DNA of 24,482 bases, taken from positions 1-24,482 of the forward strand of contig CDRNVI010000128.1 in NCBI GenBank assembly GCA_977017575.1, read 5' to 3'. The translations under genes and the position numbers were made by a program. The notes beneath the pieces are model-generated. The model did not search any database. It saw only the letters and a list, made by a program, of their open reading frames with translations, and was not told the origin of the DNA. The stretch is from Paramoeba atlantica (Eukaryota; Protista; Discosea). Each line of letters starts with the position of its first letter. Positions within the stretch are counted from its first letter, which is position 1. This document shows, in pieces, positions 10,727 to 23,453 of this stretch.

Positions 10727-11479
10727 ATGAATAAATTTTTTCAACCATTAGATCAATTTGATATATTTTCTTTATATATAAATTTTTATTTTAGTGATTT
10801 TTATATAACAAACTTATTTATATATTTATTTATTATTTTTTTTATAATAAATATTATAACAAGTAATGTATTATTATCTAAATTAAATTTAGTTTATAAA
10901 TCGTTATGACAATACATATATGAGAATTTTATATATTTATTTCCGTTAAATGTTTTAGTTACACAAGTAGGTAAAAGAGGTGAACCATATTTTGTTTATA
11001 TAGCTAGCTTATTTTATTTTATATTAATAGCAAATTTTATTGGTTTAGTACCAAGTTCTTTTACTATTACAAGTCATATAATTTTAACATTTTTATTAGG
11101 ATCAATTACTGTTATAGGATTAACTATAATAGGTTTTTTAAAACAAAAATTACATTTTATACAGTTATTTATACCAAAAGGTGTTCCTAATATTTTATTA
11201 CCTATGTTAATAGGTATCGAAGTTATTTCTTATATTGCAAGAGGTTTTAGTTTATCTATACGGTTATTTGCAAATTTAATGTCGGGACATTCATTAATAC
11301 ATATTTTATTATTTTTTATTGTAAAAATATTAAAATTTAATTATATTATAGGTATTTTAGGAATATTATTAATAACTGTAATTTTTTTATTAGAGTTTGG
11401 TATTTCATTTTTACAAGCTTATGTATTTATTGTTTTAGTTTCTATTTATTTAAAAGATTCTTACGAAGCTGGACATTAA
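10727..11479 (+). CDS. atp6: ATP synthase subunit 6/a (250 aa)
   Basis: FQPLDQF N-terminus, NFIGLVPSSFTITSH and SLSIRLFANLMSGH with the essential Arg. One frame through TGA at 10907. Confidence 0.98.
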
Positions 11480-11497
11480 AAAACATTTATTTTAACA

Positions 11498-11818
11498 ATG
11501 TTTAATATCTTAATTCCTTTTGAAACATTTATACCTATTTTAAGTTTTAGTTTATTTATTATAGGTATAGCGGGTATTTTTATTACACGTAGAAATATAA
11601 TAATAATAATAATGTCTATAGAGTTAATTTTAGCATCTGTAAATTTATTATTTATTTTTTTATCAATATATTTAGATGATATATATGGTCAGATATTTGC
11701 TTTATATATATTAACTATAGCAGCTTCTGAATCAGCTATTGGTTTAGGATTAATAGTTATTTATTATAGATTAAGAGGTATTATATCTATAGATTATATT
11801 AGTACTATAAAAGGTTAA
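11498..11818 (+). CDS. nad4L: NADH dehydrogenase subunit 4L
   Basis: RRNIIIIIMSIEL and IAASESAIGL motifs, ending KG*. Confidence 0.97.
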   Translation: MFNILIPFETFIPILSFSLFIIGIAGIFITRRNIIIIIMSIELILASVNLLFIFLSIYLDDIYGQIFALYILTIAASESAIGLGLIVIYYRLRGIISIDYISTIKG

Positions 11819-11837
11819 ATTTTTTTATATACTTTTT

Positions 11838-13856
11838 ATGTATTTATTAGTATTATATTTACCATTAATAAGTTTTTTAATTATAAGTTTTTTTGGGCGT
11901 TTATTAGGAAATAAAGGTAGTTTTATAATTGCGAATTTTAATATGTTATTAACAGTGTTGTTATCATATTATATTTTTTATGAAACTGTATTAAAAGGTT
12001 CTGTATGTTTTTTAAAATTATTTTCATGATTTAATATAGGTTTATTTAATGTAACATGAGGATTTATTTTCGATCCTGTAACAGGTGTTATGTTAATTGT
12101 AGTAAATACAATATCTTTATTAGTTCATTTTTATTCAATAGGTTATATGTATAATGATCCTTTTTCTTCTCGATTTGTATCTTATTTATCATTATTTACA
12201 TGATTTATGTTAATGTTAGTTACAGCTGATAATATATTACAATTATTTTTAGGTTGAGAAGGTGTTGGTTTAGTATCTTATTTATTAATTAATTTTTGAT
12301 TTACAATAGCAGATGCAAACAAAGCTGCAATTAAAGCTATTATTATGAATAGAATAGGTGACATTGGAGTTGGTTTAGGTATATGTTTAATATATTTAGA
12401 ATATAAAACATTAAATTTTAGTATAATATTCGCAATAAGTGATATGTGTCAATTTGATTATATTTATTTTATAAATAATTATTTTAATACAATAACTTTG
12501 ATAACTATTTTTATATTAATTGGAGCTATGGGAAAATCTGCACAATTAGGTTTACATACTTGATTACCGGATGCTATGGCTGGTCCAACACCAGTTTCTG
12601 CTCTTATACATGCAGCAACAATGGTTACAGCTGGAGTATTTATTTTAATAAGATTATCACCAATGGTTGAATATTCAGCTATTGGTTTATGAATTATAAC
12701 TTTAGTTGGTGTTTTAACTAGTTTTTTTGCAGCAACTATAGGTTTATTTCAAAATGATATAAAAAAGGTTATAGCATATTCAACTTGTAGTCAATTAGGT
12801 TATATGGTGTTTATATGTGGGTTATCAAATTATTCACTAAGTTTATTTCATTTAACTAATCATGCTTTTTTTAAAGCATTATTATTTTTAAGTGCGGGGG
12901 CTATTATACATGCTTTATCTGATGAACAAGATATAAGAAAATATGGAGGGTTAATTAAATTATTACCTTATAGTTATATTATGATGTTAATAGGTTCTTT
13001 AGCATTAATGGGTATACCTTTTTTAACAGGGTTTTATTCTAAAGATGTTATAATTGAAATTACTTATATATCATATATAATAGATAGTTCTTTTATTTAT
13101 TGATTAAGTGTTATAGCAGCTTTGTTTACATCATTATATAGTATTAGGTTATTAGTATATGTTTTTATAACATCACCTAATGGTTATAGAAAAATGTTTG
13201 AATTAATACATGAATCTAATATTTTTATGTCTTTACCTTTATTTATATTAGCTTTAAATAGTATATTTTTTGGTTATATTAATAAAGATTTATTTATAGG
13301 ATTAGGTAATGATACTTGATTAAATTGATTAAATATAATTTCAACTAGAAATATTTTAATTTTAGAATCAGAATTTTTACCTTGATATATAAAAAATATT
13401 CCTTTTTTTTTTAGTATGTCTGGTATAATAATTATTTTTTTAATAAATTATTATTATACTTATTTATATAAAGTTTTAAGAAGTAATAATTATTTATATT
13501 TTAAAAGATATAATAATATTGCAAGTTTTTTTTCTTATAAATGGTATGTGGATACTATTTATAATAAAATAATTTTAGGAGGTTTTATTAAATTATCCTA
13601 TATAGTATTTAAAAATATTGATAGAGGTATTATAGAATTAATAGGGCCTTTAGGTTTAGTTAGATTATGAAATTCTTTAAGTATTAATTATAAATATTTT
13701 TTCCCAACAGGTTATATTTTTAATTATTTGTTCTTATTTATTATTTCATCTGTTAGTTTAATTATATTCTATATATTACCTATAAATAATTTAAATAGTG
13801 AATTATTATTTATATTAATTGCTATAATTTTAATAAATAAATATAAAAATAAGTAA
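11838..13856 (+). CDS. nad5: NADH dehydrogenase subunit 5 (672 aa)
   Basis: [43 protein letters not shown] and HAFFKALLF. Five track ORFs share frame 3 and are joined by TGA-Trp. Confidence 0.98.
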
Positions 13857-13873
13857 AATTTTTTTTAAAACAT

Positions 13874-14461
13874 ATGGATCAAAATTTATTTTATATATTT
13901 TTTTTTATAATAAGTATTGTATCGGCTATTTTAGTAATAATTTCTAAAAATCCTTTACATTCTATTATTTATTTAATATTAGTTTTTTGTAATATAGTTT
14001 TTATATTATTATTGTTGGAGTTGGAATTTATGTCTATGGTGTTTTTAATAGTTTATATAGGTGCAATAGCAGTATTATTTTTATTTATTATTTATATGTT
14101 AAATATAAAAGTTATAGAATTGAATGAATTAAATATAAAATATTTGATAGGTATTATATTATTAACTTTATTAATAATATTTTTAATTTATTTATATTAT
14201 ATACCGATTAATGTAATTTTTAATATAGATTCCTCAAACAATAATAATTATATAAATTATTATAATATTTTATATAATATATCAAATTTAAATTTGATAT
14301 CTTTAATATTATACGATAAGCATTATATATTATTTATAATACTTAGTCTTATATTATTATTAGCTATGATTGGTGTTATTATATTAACATGTAAAAGAAC
14401 ATATTATCTAAAAGAACAGGTAATTTTTGAACAAAATAAAAGGTTTATAAAGAATCCATAA
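13874..14461 (+). CDS. nad6: NADH dehydrogenase subunit 6
   Basis: [15 protein letters not shown] and [14 protein letters not shown] motifs. Confidence 0.96.
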   Translation: MDQNLFYIFFFIISIVSAILVIISKNPLHSIIYLILVFCNIVFILLLLELEFMSMVFLIVYIGAIAVLFLFIIYMLNIKVIELNELNIKYLIGIILLTLLIIFLIYLYYIPINVIFNIDSSNNNNYINYYNILYNISNLNLISLILYDKHYILFIILSLILLLAMIGVIILTCKRTYYLKEQVIFEQNKRFIKNP

Positions 14462-14462
14462 A

Positions 14463-16493
14463 ATGAATAATTATAAAATAAATAATATTGCAGTTAAAGA
14501 TAATAATATGAAAACTATATTACAATTATGTAATATGATTAATATAGATATACCAAAATTTTGTTATCATGAACAATTATCTATAGCAGGTAATTGTAGA
14601 ATGTGTTTAGTTGAAGTAAAAGGAGCTATAAAACCTATAGCTTCTTGTGCATCCCCTTTAAATAATAATATGCATATATTAACTAATACTAAATTAGTTA
14701 AAAAGGCTAGAGAAGGTGTTTTAGAATTTTTATTATTAAATCATCCATTAGATTGTCCTATTTGTGATCAAGGAGGTGAATGTGATTTACAAGATCAATC
14801 ATTAATTTTTGGTAATGATAGAGGTAGATTTTATGAAAATAAAAGATCTGTTAATGATAAAGATTGTGGACCTTTAATAAAAACTATTATGACAAGATGT
14901 ATTCATTGTACTAGATGTATACGTTTTATAGATGAGTTTATTGGTTATAAATATTTTGGTTTGATAGGTCGAGGACAAAATATAGAAATAAGTAATTTTT
15001 TATCAAAAAATATTAATTCGGAATTATCTGGTAATTTAATTGATTTATGCCCTGTAGGTGCTTTAACTTCTAAACCTTATTCATTCATTTCTAGACCTTG
15101 AGAACTTATTTCTTGAAATACTATAGATATTAATGATTTATTACATATAAATATTAGAATAGATATTAGAGATAGTGAAATATTAAGAGTTTTACCTTTA
15201 TTTAATGATTATATACATGAGATCTGAATCTCAGATCTAACTCGTTTTTCTTATGATAATCAAAAGAATAATCGAATAATTAATCCTTTAAAAAAGGAAG
15301 GTGCAAATAAATTTATTATATATAGTTGAGAAAAAGTATTAAATTTAATATTAAAAAAATGTTTAAATAGTAATTTACATTTTTTAATAGGTGATAATAT
15401 AGATAGTGAAACTGCTTTAGTAATAAAAAAAGGAAAAAATTATTTTAATAATCATGAATTTACTATTAATTATAAAAAATTAACTAGGAATTCAAATAAT
15501 CGTAAAAATTATATTTTAGATTATAATATATATAAAGAATTAAATGAATTTAAAAATATTATATTAATTAATATAAATATTAGATTAGAATATCCTTTAT
15601 TAAATATAAAGTTAAAACGATTTAAAGATTTAAAATTATTAAATATTTATAATATAGGGACCTCTTATAATCAAAATTATAAAAATATAAATTATTCATC
15701 TAATTTATTAGAAGTAAAAAAATTTATAGAGGGAAAATCTTTATTAAATAATATTGTATTAAAAGCATCTAAAAATTTAATTTTATTAAATGATAATACT
15801 TTATTTAATTTTTTAATTACAACATTGAAAAATTTAAATTTAGAATCAAGTATTAATATAGGGTTTTTAAATAATTTAAATATAAATATTATAGCTAATG
15901 AATTAAATTTATTTAATTCATTAGTAAAATTTAATGATTATAGTTTTAAAAAAATGATTTATAAAGAAAATAATATTTTATATAATTTAAATAATTATAA
16001 TTATAATTATTTAAATTATAATTGTGATTATAATATTTTTCAAGGTTGTTATTTACCTATATTAAAAGAAATTAATAATTATGATTTATTATTACCATCA
16101 ATAACTCATTATGAAAAAAAAAGTTTATTTATAAATATATTTGGTTATTGTCAATCGACAAAATTTATTTTATTTCCGCCGAAGAATGCAAGAAATGATT
16201 GAAAAATATTATATATATTATTTAAAACAATTATTAGTGATGAAAAGATTATGAAATTATCTTTTAGTAATATTAGATTATTATTAAGTTCTTATAATAT
16301 AAATATAAATACTATATTAAATATATATAATAATAATGAAATATCAAATTATAAAAATATTATGGTTTTGAAAAATAAAAATTTATATAAAAATATGACT
16401 AATATATATTCTAATAATAAATTTTTACAATCATCAAAAATTTTAAACAGTTGTTTAATTAATTCTAAAAAAATATATAATAATTTTCATTAA
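14463..16493 (+). CDS. nad11: NADH dehydrogenase subunit 11 / 75 kDa (676 aa, unsplit)
   Basis: Fe-S motifs [32 protein letters not shown] and CIHCTRC...C. A continuous frame runs to TAA at 16491, and the C-terminus shows LPSITHYEK. Confidence 0.96.
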
Positions 16494-16506
16494 AAGATTT
16501 TAAAAT

Positions 16507-17493
16507 ATGAATTTTTTGTTAACTTTAATTATAACAATATTAAAATATTTAATTTTAATAGTACCTGTATTAGTAACTGTAGCTATTTTTACAGTTTTTG
16601 AAAGAAAAGTTATGGGTTATATACAACGAAGACAAGGTCCTATAAAAGTAGGTTTTTTAGGTATTTTGCAACCTTTTGCCGATGGTTTAAAATTAATGAT
16701 AAAAGAACCTGTTATACCGGTAAATTCAAATTATTTAATGTATATAGCAGCTCCAATATTAACATTATTATTAAGTTTAATAAATTGAATATTAATACCT
16801 TTTGATGAAAATGTAGTAATATCTAATATTAATATAGGAGTTTTGTTTATTTTGGGTATTTCTTCTTTAAGTGTATATGGTGTTATTATAGCTGGTTGAG
16901 CTAGTAATTCAAAATATGCATTTTTAGGTGCTCTTAGATCTGCTGCACAAATGATATCTTATGAAGTATCTATAGGTATAATATTAATAACTCTTCTAAT
17001 AGGTGTAGGTTCTTTAAATTTAAGTAATATAGTATTAGCTCAAGAGGATATTTGATTTATTATACCATTTTTTCCTTTATTTTTATTATTTTTTATATCT
17101 TCTGTTGCAGAAACTAATAGACACCCTTTTGATTTACCTGAGGCAGAAGCAGAATTAGTTTCTGGTTATAATGTAGAATATTCATCAGTAGGATTTGCTT
17201 TTTTTTTTATCGGTGAATATGCTAATATTATATTAATGAGTGCATTAAATGTAATTTTATTTTTAGGAGGTTGATTACCACCTTTTAATTTTAATTTTTT
17301 TTTACCGCCTATAGTATGATTTACAATAAAAATTGTTTTAATGATATTTTTATTTATAGTAATAAGAGCCATGTTACCTAGATATAGATATGATCAATTA
17401 ATGATATTAGGTTGAAAAGTATTTTTACCGTTATCATTAGGTTTATTAGTTTTCTATGCAGGTATAATGATTGGTTTTGATTTTTTACCTTAA
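16507..17493 (+). CDS. nad1: NADH dehydrogenase subunit 1 (328 aa)
   Basis: [47 protein letters not shown] and [25 protein letters not shown]. Confidence 0.99.
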
Positions 17494-17526
17494 TTTTTTA
17501 GAATAATAAAATATAAAAAATTTTGA

Positions 17527-18350
17527 ATGTTATTAAAAATTTTACTTTTTTTACCATTATTTTTTGCGTTTATTTTAAGTTTAATACCTAAGAAAAAAAT
17601 TATATTATTAAAACAATTATCTTTATTATTTAGTATAATAATTTTTTTTTATTGTATTAAATTATTAGGTAATTTTAATATATATTATTCGTATATTCAA
17701 TTTCAATCAAGTATTAGTTATTATCCTGGTATGGATTTTAGTATAGGTATAGATGGTATTTCTATTTTTTTTATATTATTAATGAGTTTACTTTTACCTA
17801 TTTCGTTATTAGTAAATTGAGAAAGTGTGAAATATCGTAATAAAGATTTTACTATTACTTTATTTATATTAGAATTTTTAGTTTTTGTATTTTTTGTTGT
17901 TTAGATATATTTTTTTTTTATATATTTTTTGAAGGTGTTTTAATACCTATGTTTTTTATTATAGGTATATGAGGTTCAAGACAACGAAAAATTCATGCTG
18001 TTTATCAATTTTTTTTATATACTTTTTTTGGATCAATATTTATGTTAGTATCTTTTTTAATAATTTACTTACATGTAGGTTCTACAAATTGAAATATAAT
18101 TAAATATATTGAATTTTCTGATCAACGACAATTAATATTATGATTAGGTTTTTTTATAGCATTTGCTATAAAAGTACCAATGATACCTTTTCATATATGA
18201 TTACCAGAAGCTCATGTCGAAGCACCTACAACAGGTTCTATCTTATTAGCTGGTATTTTATTAAAATTAGGTACTTATGGTTTTTTAAGATTTTTATTAC
18301 CTTTATTTCCTTATGGAATGAAATTTTTTTCACCTTTAGTTATAGTTATG
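17527..18350 (+). pseudogene. nad4: NADH dehydrogenase subunit 4, 5' ~275 codons only; frameshift near 17890-17903; cut by junction
   Basis: [51 protein letters not shown]. There is a TAG at 17902 in frame 1 and the gene continues in frame 3. Homology stops after FSPLVIVM. Confidence 0.93.
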
Positions 18351-18352
18351 AC
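18345..18352. other. Junction between mitochondrial and gammaproteobacterial DNA
   Basis: nad4 frame (...gtt atg) and mlaC frame (tat gac ttt gat gtg) overlap on 'gttatgac'. GC content and TGA meaning change here. Confidence 0.9.
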
Positions 18353-18474
18353 TTTGATGTGGAAGGCGTTAGTATGTTACGCAGTTTTCGCAGTCAATTT
18401 GCTGAGGAACTTGCTAGAAATAATAGCCTAGATGCATTAATTAATACGCTACAGCAACATAATCGTGACGTCAA

Positions 18475-18478
<4 letters not shown>
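18347..18478 (+). pseudogene. mlaC: MlaC/Ttg2D phospholipid-binding protein, C-terminal 43 aa only
   Basis: [32 protein letters not shown] matches the MlaC tail YD..VEGVS....R.QF...L....D.LI. The TGA stop overlaps the mlaB ATG (ATGA). Confidence 0.88.
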
Positions 18479-20069
<1,591 letters not shown>

Positions 20070-20109
20070 TAGTGAAGTACTATTCGGGAAAACGTCAAAG
20101 GAAAGATAC

Positions 20110-20871
20110 ATGACAACAACGTTAACTGAATTAGTTAAATACTGTGATCGTTTATTGGAAAGCGATAGCTTTCATGATTATTGTCCGAATGGTTTACAAG
20201 TACAAGGTAAACAAAACATTACTACGATTGTATCCGGAGTAACTGCATCGCAAGCCTTACTCGATGCGGCTGTGACACTACATGCTGATTTAGTATTGGT
20301 ACATCACGGTTTCTTTTGGCGTGGTGAACAACCGCAAGTCACTGGGATGAAACGTAACCGTCTACATACATTATTGCAACACGACATCAGTTTGCTGGCT
20401 TATCATATTCCCTTAGATGCCCATCCTAAATTAGGTAATAACGTACAATTAGCCAAACAATTAGGGATACGCGTTACTGATACATTTCCCACTGAATTCA
20501 CCCCAAGCATTGGTTTTGTCGGCAAATTAACTGAACCCATGCCAACAGAACAATTTGCTGAACACATTGCAACGGTACTACAACGTAAACCGTTACATAT
20601 TAAAACTCATCAGCGTCCGCTGCAAACCATTGCCTGGTGTAGTGGCGGTGCCCAAGATTATATTGAAACAGCAGCAAATTATGGTATCGATGCTTACTTG
20701 TCTGGTGAAATATCAGAACGCACCACACACAGTGCACGTGAATTAACTATTGATTATTTTAGTGCTGGGCACCATGCGACTGAACGTTATGGGATAAAAG
20801 CATTAGGTAAACATCTAGCAAGTAAATTTGATCTAACTTGTGAGTTTATAGATATTGACAATCCAGTCTAG
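20110..20871 (+). CDS. Nif3/YbgI-family dinuclear metal-centre hexameric protein
   Basis: DYCPNGLQVQG, VHHGFFW, YHIPLDAHPKLGNN and AGHHATERYG. Confidence 0.95.
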   Translation: MTTTLTELVKYCDRLLESDSFHDYCPNGLQVQGKQNITTIVSGVTASQALLDAAVTLHADLVLVHHGFFWRGEQPQVTGMKRNRLHTLLQHDISLLAYHIPLDAHPKLGNNVQLAKQLGIRVTDTFPTEFTPSIGFVGKLTEPMPTEQFAEHIATVLQRKPLHIKTHQRPLQTIAWCSGGAQDYIETAANYGIDAYLSGEISERTTHSARELTIDYFSAGHHATERYGIKALGKHLASKFDLTCEFIDIDNPV

Positions 20872-20887
20872 CATATACTCTGCGCCC

Positions 20888-20919
20888 TTGAATTGTAGGC
20901 TTTGTTGGCTACAATCCAA
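20888..20919. terminator. Imperfect hairpin between convergent nif3 and trfA-like genes
   Basis: TTG-A-ATTGTAG / CTACAAT-C-CAA pairs at 10 of 11 positions with a 10-nt loop. It has no clear U tract. Confidence 0.3.
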
Positions 20920-20946
20920 TTGCTTGAGTCTATACTTCGTTATAAA

Positions 20947-21717
20947 TCAAATGTACTTTAACTTTTCTAGTTTAGCATGTTGCGCTGATACCACACCATG
21001 TTGCGACACCCTCCAATTGTTATCGATAAATCCAACCTGTGTTAATTGTTTTAATACGATCAGTAACCGTTTTTTAAAGTTACCACGACGTTTTTCGTTA
21101 GTTCCACAATATAACTGTAAGCTATCCAATTCAGTAACGGGAATAGTTTTATATGTTGACCAAAAACCATGTAACCAACGTGCCAACCCTCTTGGTAATG
21201 CCATACGTTGTGATAAATTAAGCACAACTGCTGCCGTTGTATTAATAAACTGAACATACTCTGGGTTAAATACAAATACAATTTGTTTACCTGCACGCTC
21301 TAAACATAATGTTGTAAAAAACTGTCCATGGAAATGTTGCTTACCATAATAAATACAACATTCCACATTAGCTAAACGGTTTACGACTGTCTGTACTAGT
21401 TGATAATCAGTACGGCCGTAATGTCGATTGTTTAAGACAGCAAATAATTGGCTAAGTGATATTCGGCAAGTTAGATCGGTTGGTAATTGAATTGAATACG
21501 TGTGAACTGTTAGTAATGTTGTTAAATAATGCAATGCCAATACTATATCACCATCATATTGTGACAAATATGCACCGCGATATCCGATGTGTTGTGCTGT
21601 TAAACTCGCGACTGTATGCGTAGTTATTCGCTGATCTCGACGTGCCATACCAAACAGAGATGAACGCAGTAATGCCACATTAGCACACCCTGGGGACTGC
21701 CATGGGTTGCTAATCAT
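20947..21717 (-). CDS. TrfA-like (IncP-type) replication initiator homolog, 256 aa
   Basis: LLRSSLFG, IGYRGAYLSQYD.DI and LARWLHGFWST...LQLYCGT...FKKRL...LKQL..VGFI...W parallel the TrfA motifs RSALF, ITYTG.EL..DD and ...SH..P...LETFRLMCGS...G.V..AW. An AAGGT RBS-like sequence lies upstream. Confidence 0.7.
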   Translation of the reverse strand: MISNPWQSPGCANVALLRSSLFGMARRDQRITTHTVASLTAQHIGYRGAYLSQYDGDIVLALHYLTTLLTVHTYSIQLPTDLTCRISLSQLFAVLNNRHYGRTDYQLVQTVVNRLANVECCIYYGKQHFHGQFFTTLCLERAGKQIVFVFNPEYVQFINTTAAVVLNLSQRMALPRGLARWLHGFWSTYKTIPVTELDSLQLYCGTNEKRRGNFKKRLLIVLKQLTQVGFIDNNWRVSQHGVVSAQHAKLEKLKYI

Positions 21718-21870
21718 TTTGTTACCTTGCTATTACTGCATTGATGAGTTTATTCTAACATATTGATTTTGATTGCAAATATGATTATTCTATACGTCAC
21801 CAAAAAATGTCAGCTTTGAGTATACACTAAAAAAATAAAAACCAATTTCTGCATTTTGCAAGTTAAATTG

Positions 21871-23232
21871 TTATACCCCAGCAACTGTCATCTGCTCTAA
21901 TAAAATAGATCCGGAATGAATACGCCCACGTCGATCGACATCGTTGGCAACAGCCACTAAATTTAACCATAAATCAGCTAAATTGCCTGCAATAGTAATT
22001 TCAGCAACTGGGTATTGGATGGTACCATTCTCTACCCAAAAACCAACAGCACCACGTGAATAATCGCCAGTAACAATATTAACTCCTTGCCCAATTAATT
22101 CAGTAACTAGCAATCCTGTACCCATTTGTTGACATAATTGCGGCAATGTTAAGTCACTATGGTTAATCATTAAATTATTAACGCCACCTGCATTCCCCGT
22201 TGTTTGTCTATTTAACTTACGAGCACTGTAGCTACTTAATACATACGATTGTAATTCACCTTGCTCGACAAATGTCTTAGTACGAGTCGCCACACCATCA
22301 CCATCAAATGCACGACTACCCATTGCTTTGGGTAAATGCGGCTGCTCACTGATTGAAATGTGTTTTGCACATACAGACTGTTGCAATTTATCTAACAAGA
22401 AACTGGCTTGGCGGTATTGGCTAAGGCCACTAATTGCTGACACTAAATGGCCAACAAATCCTCTGGCTATCTCAGCTTGTAAAATAACCGGGACTTGAGT
22501 TGTCACAATCGGCTTTGCATGTAAACGCGCAACTGCACGTTGCCCTGCTTGCTTTCCAATAATAGCTGCATTGTCTAATTCATTTGGATCACGCGCGACG
22601 GTATAACTATAATCACGTTGCATATCATCTTGTTCACTGGCAACTGGCACACAATGTAAGCTGTGTGATGAACTGGCATACGTACCTACAAAACCATGAC
22701 TATTGGCATACAAACGTATACCATTACTCGTTGACACACTGGCACCATCTGAATTAGTAATACGTTGATCAACATCACGTGCTGCTTGTTCGGCATTACA
22801 GGCTAATTCAATTGCTTGCGGTAATTCAATTGACCAAGGATGATATAAGTCTAGTTCCAGAACATTGGTAGCCATTAAGTCACGATCAGCTAACCCTGCA
22901 TACGGATCATCTGTTGCATACTGTGCAAATTGACAAGCTGCCTCAACCGCCGAATCAATTGCAGCAGTGGTTAAATCCGTTGTCGATGCACTGCCCTTAC
23001 GTTTACCAAAATAAACCGTGATCCCAATCCCATTATCACGCTGATATTCAACTATTTCCACATCACCTAAACGTACATTTACTGAAAAACCATTATCAAT
23101 GCTTGCTGATACCTCAACAGCAGTCGCACCACGTTGTTTTGCCTGTGCTAACACACGTTGTGCCAATATGGTTAATCGGTCGGTTATTTGTTGTGGATTA
23201 TCAATTAAATGAATTAAATTAGTTGTTGACAC
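21871..23232 (-). CDS. pmbA: Metalloprotease PmbA (TldE)
   Basis: SVNVRLGDVEIVEYQRD.G.GITVY.G.RKGSASTTD, MQRDYSYT, FDGDGV and TGDYSRGAVGFWVENG. GTG start with a GAGG RBS. Confidence 0.95.
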   Translation of the reverse strand: MSTTNLIHLIDNPQQITDRLTILAQRVLAQAKQRGATAVEVSASIDNGFSVNVRLGDVEIVEYQRDNGIGITVYFGKRKGSASTTDLTTAAIDSAVEAACQFAQYATDDPYAGLADRDLMATNVLELDLYHPWSIELPQAIELACNAEQAARDVDQRITNSDGASVSTSNGIRLYANSHGFVGTYASSSHSLHCVPVASEQDDMQRDYSYTVARDPNELDNAAIIGKQAGQRAVARLHAKPIVTTQVPVILQAEIARGFVGHLVSAISGLSQYRQASFLLDKLQQSVCAKHISISEQPHLPKAMGSRAFDGDGVATRTKTFVEQGELQSYVLSSYSARKLNRQTTGNAGGVNNLMINHSDLTLPQLCQQMGTGLLVTELIGQGVNIVTGDYSRGAVGFWVENGTIQYPVAEITIAGNLADLWLNLVAVANDVDRRGRIHSGSILLEQMTVAGV

Positions 23233-23296
23233 GTATTACCTCATTTTAAAAACCATTATTATTTGCGTAGAACGGTTATGCTAGGGTATATTAACA

Positions 23297-23453
23297 GCCG
23301 CCAGTTTAGCGTGGGTTCGGACCAATATACTCAAAGCGTTTTGAATTTAGGCGAGGCGGCAACCCTGGATAATCTCCGATTTCCAGGGCAAGGCTGCTCT
23401 TCGAATCAAAAGGAGTGTATTGAAATACATGACTTTTGTGAGAAAGCGCAGCC
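23297..23453. other. Structured GC-richer intergenic element (three stem-loop domains)
   Basis: GCCGCC/GGCGGC (23297/23355), CCCTGGA-t-AATC/GATT-TCCAGGG (23363-23388) and GGCTGC/GCAGCC (23392/23448). The last pair encloses CAAAAG/CTTTTG and TGTAT/ATACA. Confidence 0.35.

Larger units (their letters stand above)
1..18350 (+). other. Protist mitochondrial genome segment (code 4, TGA=Trp)
   Basis: Contiguous cob/nad/atp/rps/rpl genes, all on +, very low GC. In-frame TGA falls at conserved Trp sites (cob PEW, nad5 GWEGVG, rps14 terminal SW). Confidence 0.97.

Noticed and set aside
17166-17372. Minus-strand 68-aa ORF
   Set aside because: Antisense shadow of nad1.
1-18350. Prophage, genomic island or reduced-endosymbiont interpretation of the AT-rich block
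   Set aside because: The genes are specifically mitochondrial in type (MPQLD atp8, stand-alone cob without petA/petC, nad gene set, code 4), and there are no phage or mobility genes.
18351-18431. nad4 frame runs ~26 codons into bacterial DNA ([26 protein letters not shown]), suggesting a fusion protein
   Set aside because: Chance read-through of an alternative mlaC frame. It does not resemble the nad4 continuation and depends on the junction being real.
20555-21296. Track ORFs 20555-20746 (+), 20855-21253 (+) and 21060-21296 (-)
   Set aside because: They overlap nif3 or the TrfA-like gene in alternative frames and show no motifs.
23350-23400. SAM-I / TPP / tRNA-Sec-like fragments (CGGCAACC...AAGG, CTGGATAAT, GAGGCGGC)
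   Set aside because: Only isolated short motifs match, and the other conserved core elements of each family are absent.
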